64,000 nt of DNA from a plasmid, in sequence record CP113993.1. The stretch is one strand, 5' to 3'. The notes beneath the pieces were generated by a model. The model was not told the DNA's origin. It saw nothing but the letters and a program-made list of their open reading frames with translations, and searched no databases. Made by a program: the position numbers and the translations under genes. Positions 63,616 to 64,000 of the stretch are shown one piece after another (within the stretch, counting starts at the first letter, position 1; every line of letters starts with the position of its first letter).

Positions 63616-64000
63616 TAATGACCCAGTGAAAAGCTGCACATGCTATAGTCGCTCTAAAATTGGAGTAAGGCATGACGCAAGAACCCACAATCAAACGCTG
63701 GACGGCTAAACGTAAAGCGGAGTTAATTAAGCAGATTTATCGTGGTCAGACGACTATCTCTGAGGCGGCACGTCAGTACGATTTAACTCAACAAGAGATT
63801 GAAACGTGGCTAGAGGATGCAGAAGCTGGTATGGAAAACGCCTTAAAAGCGAATCCTAAGGATATAGCCGAGCAATATGAAGGTCAGCTGCGTGAGTTAA
63901 AAGAAGCGTATGGGGAAGCGATGTTGGAGTTGAAGTTTAGAAAAAAGCTACAGCGCCATCTCGACTCGACCGACGATTAATTCAACAAATTATTAACGAG
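63614..64000 (+). mobile_element. left end of an IS3-family element (TG-start terminus, orfA 63672-63980 with an A_AAA_AAG slippery site at about 63944-63950); runs off the window
   Basis: OrfA has an HTH (TISEAARQYDLTQQEIETW) and a leucine-zipper-like LRELKEAYGEAMLELKFRKKL, followed by agaaaaaagc near its end. This is the classic IS3-family -1 PRF layout. Confidence 0.6.

Noticed and set aside
62976-63641. 221-aa 'complete' transposase ORF for the second IS26
   Set aside because: Its first roughly 9 codons derive from non-IS26 DNA beyond the truncation point at 63615. The real Tnp26 N-terminus and IRR are missing.

Overview
This window reads as a mosaic accessory and backbone segment of an enterobacterial IncF-type plasmid, with GC content varying widely between blocks. 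The recognisable content, in order, is:

- **1-9.3 kb:** a complete chaperone-usher fimbrial operon on the minus strand. Its gene order matches K88/F4 (fae)-type fimbriae: C-like minor subunit, usher, chaperone, F-like subunit, then three FaeG-like subunit paralogs. PapB-like and PapI-like regulators sit divergently upstream.
- **9.5-23.9 kb:** a decayed region of IS debris and small modules. It holds IS256-family fragments, a solo TnpB with IS605-type hairpinned end, IS66 remnants, an intact IS110-family transposase, a frameshifted tyrosine recombinase and a P4-type integrase stub. It also holds an Rpn/YhgA nuclease with a tandemly duplicated 3' end, an Hha-family modulator and three toxin-antitoxin modules or remnants (GNAT/RHH, a VapC fragment, ParDE-like).
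- **24.3-30.1 kb:** a compact, translationally coupled three-gene cassette with a strong terminator and lower GC than its flanks. It encodes a large membrane-anchored TerB-like protein, a P-loop ATPase and a DEAD/DEAH (Lhr-like) helicase. The architecture is that of the Shango anti-phage system, making this a candidate defence island bounded by integrase and IS3 remnants and followed by pemIK.
- **32.8-35.7 kb:** a low-GC P-loop NTPase locus broken into three ORFs and abutted by an IS630-family element.
- **36.8-38.5 kb:** a remnant of a type IVb pilus operon (prepilin peptidase, lytic transglycosylase, pilin-like gene).
- **40.5-42.4 kb:** a plasmid-borne kup K+ transporter.
- **45.7-49.6 kb:** the RepFIB replicon (repA flanked by iterons, DnaA box and GATC cluster) and the F-type sopAB partition genes. 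SopB-box palindromes are dispersed rather than arranged as a tandem sopC array.
- **50.7-60.3 kb:** further IS3/IS110/IS21-like debris, a second degenerate rpn, a frameshifted serine resolvase, a RadC-like JAB protein, a Fic-family gene with an in-frame ochre codon behind a palindromic operator, and an MFS transporter.
- **61.1-64.0 kb:** a Tn4352-like IS26-aph(3')-Ia-IS26(truncated) unit, cut by an IS3-family element that carries an A_AAA_AAG slippery site.

Several apparent frameshifts sit in A/T homopolymer tracts (the PapI-like regulator, the NTPase locus, IS630, the resolvase). They could be programmed frameshifts, real decay or homopolymer miscalls.

All family assignments were made by eye from motifs. 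Coordinates come from the ORF track and line counting, and may be off by 1-2 nt.
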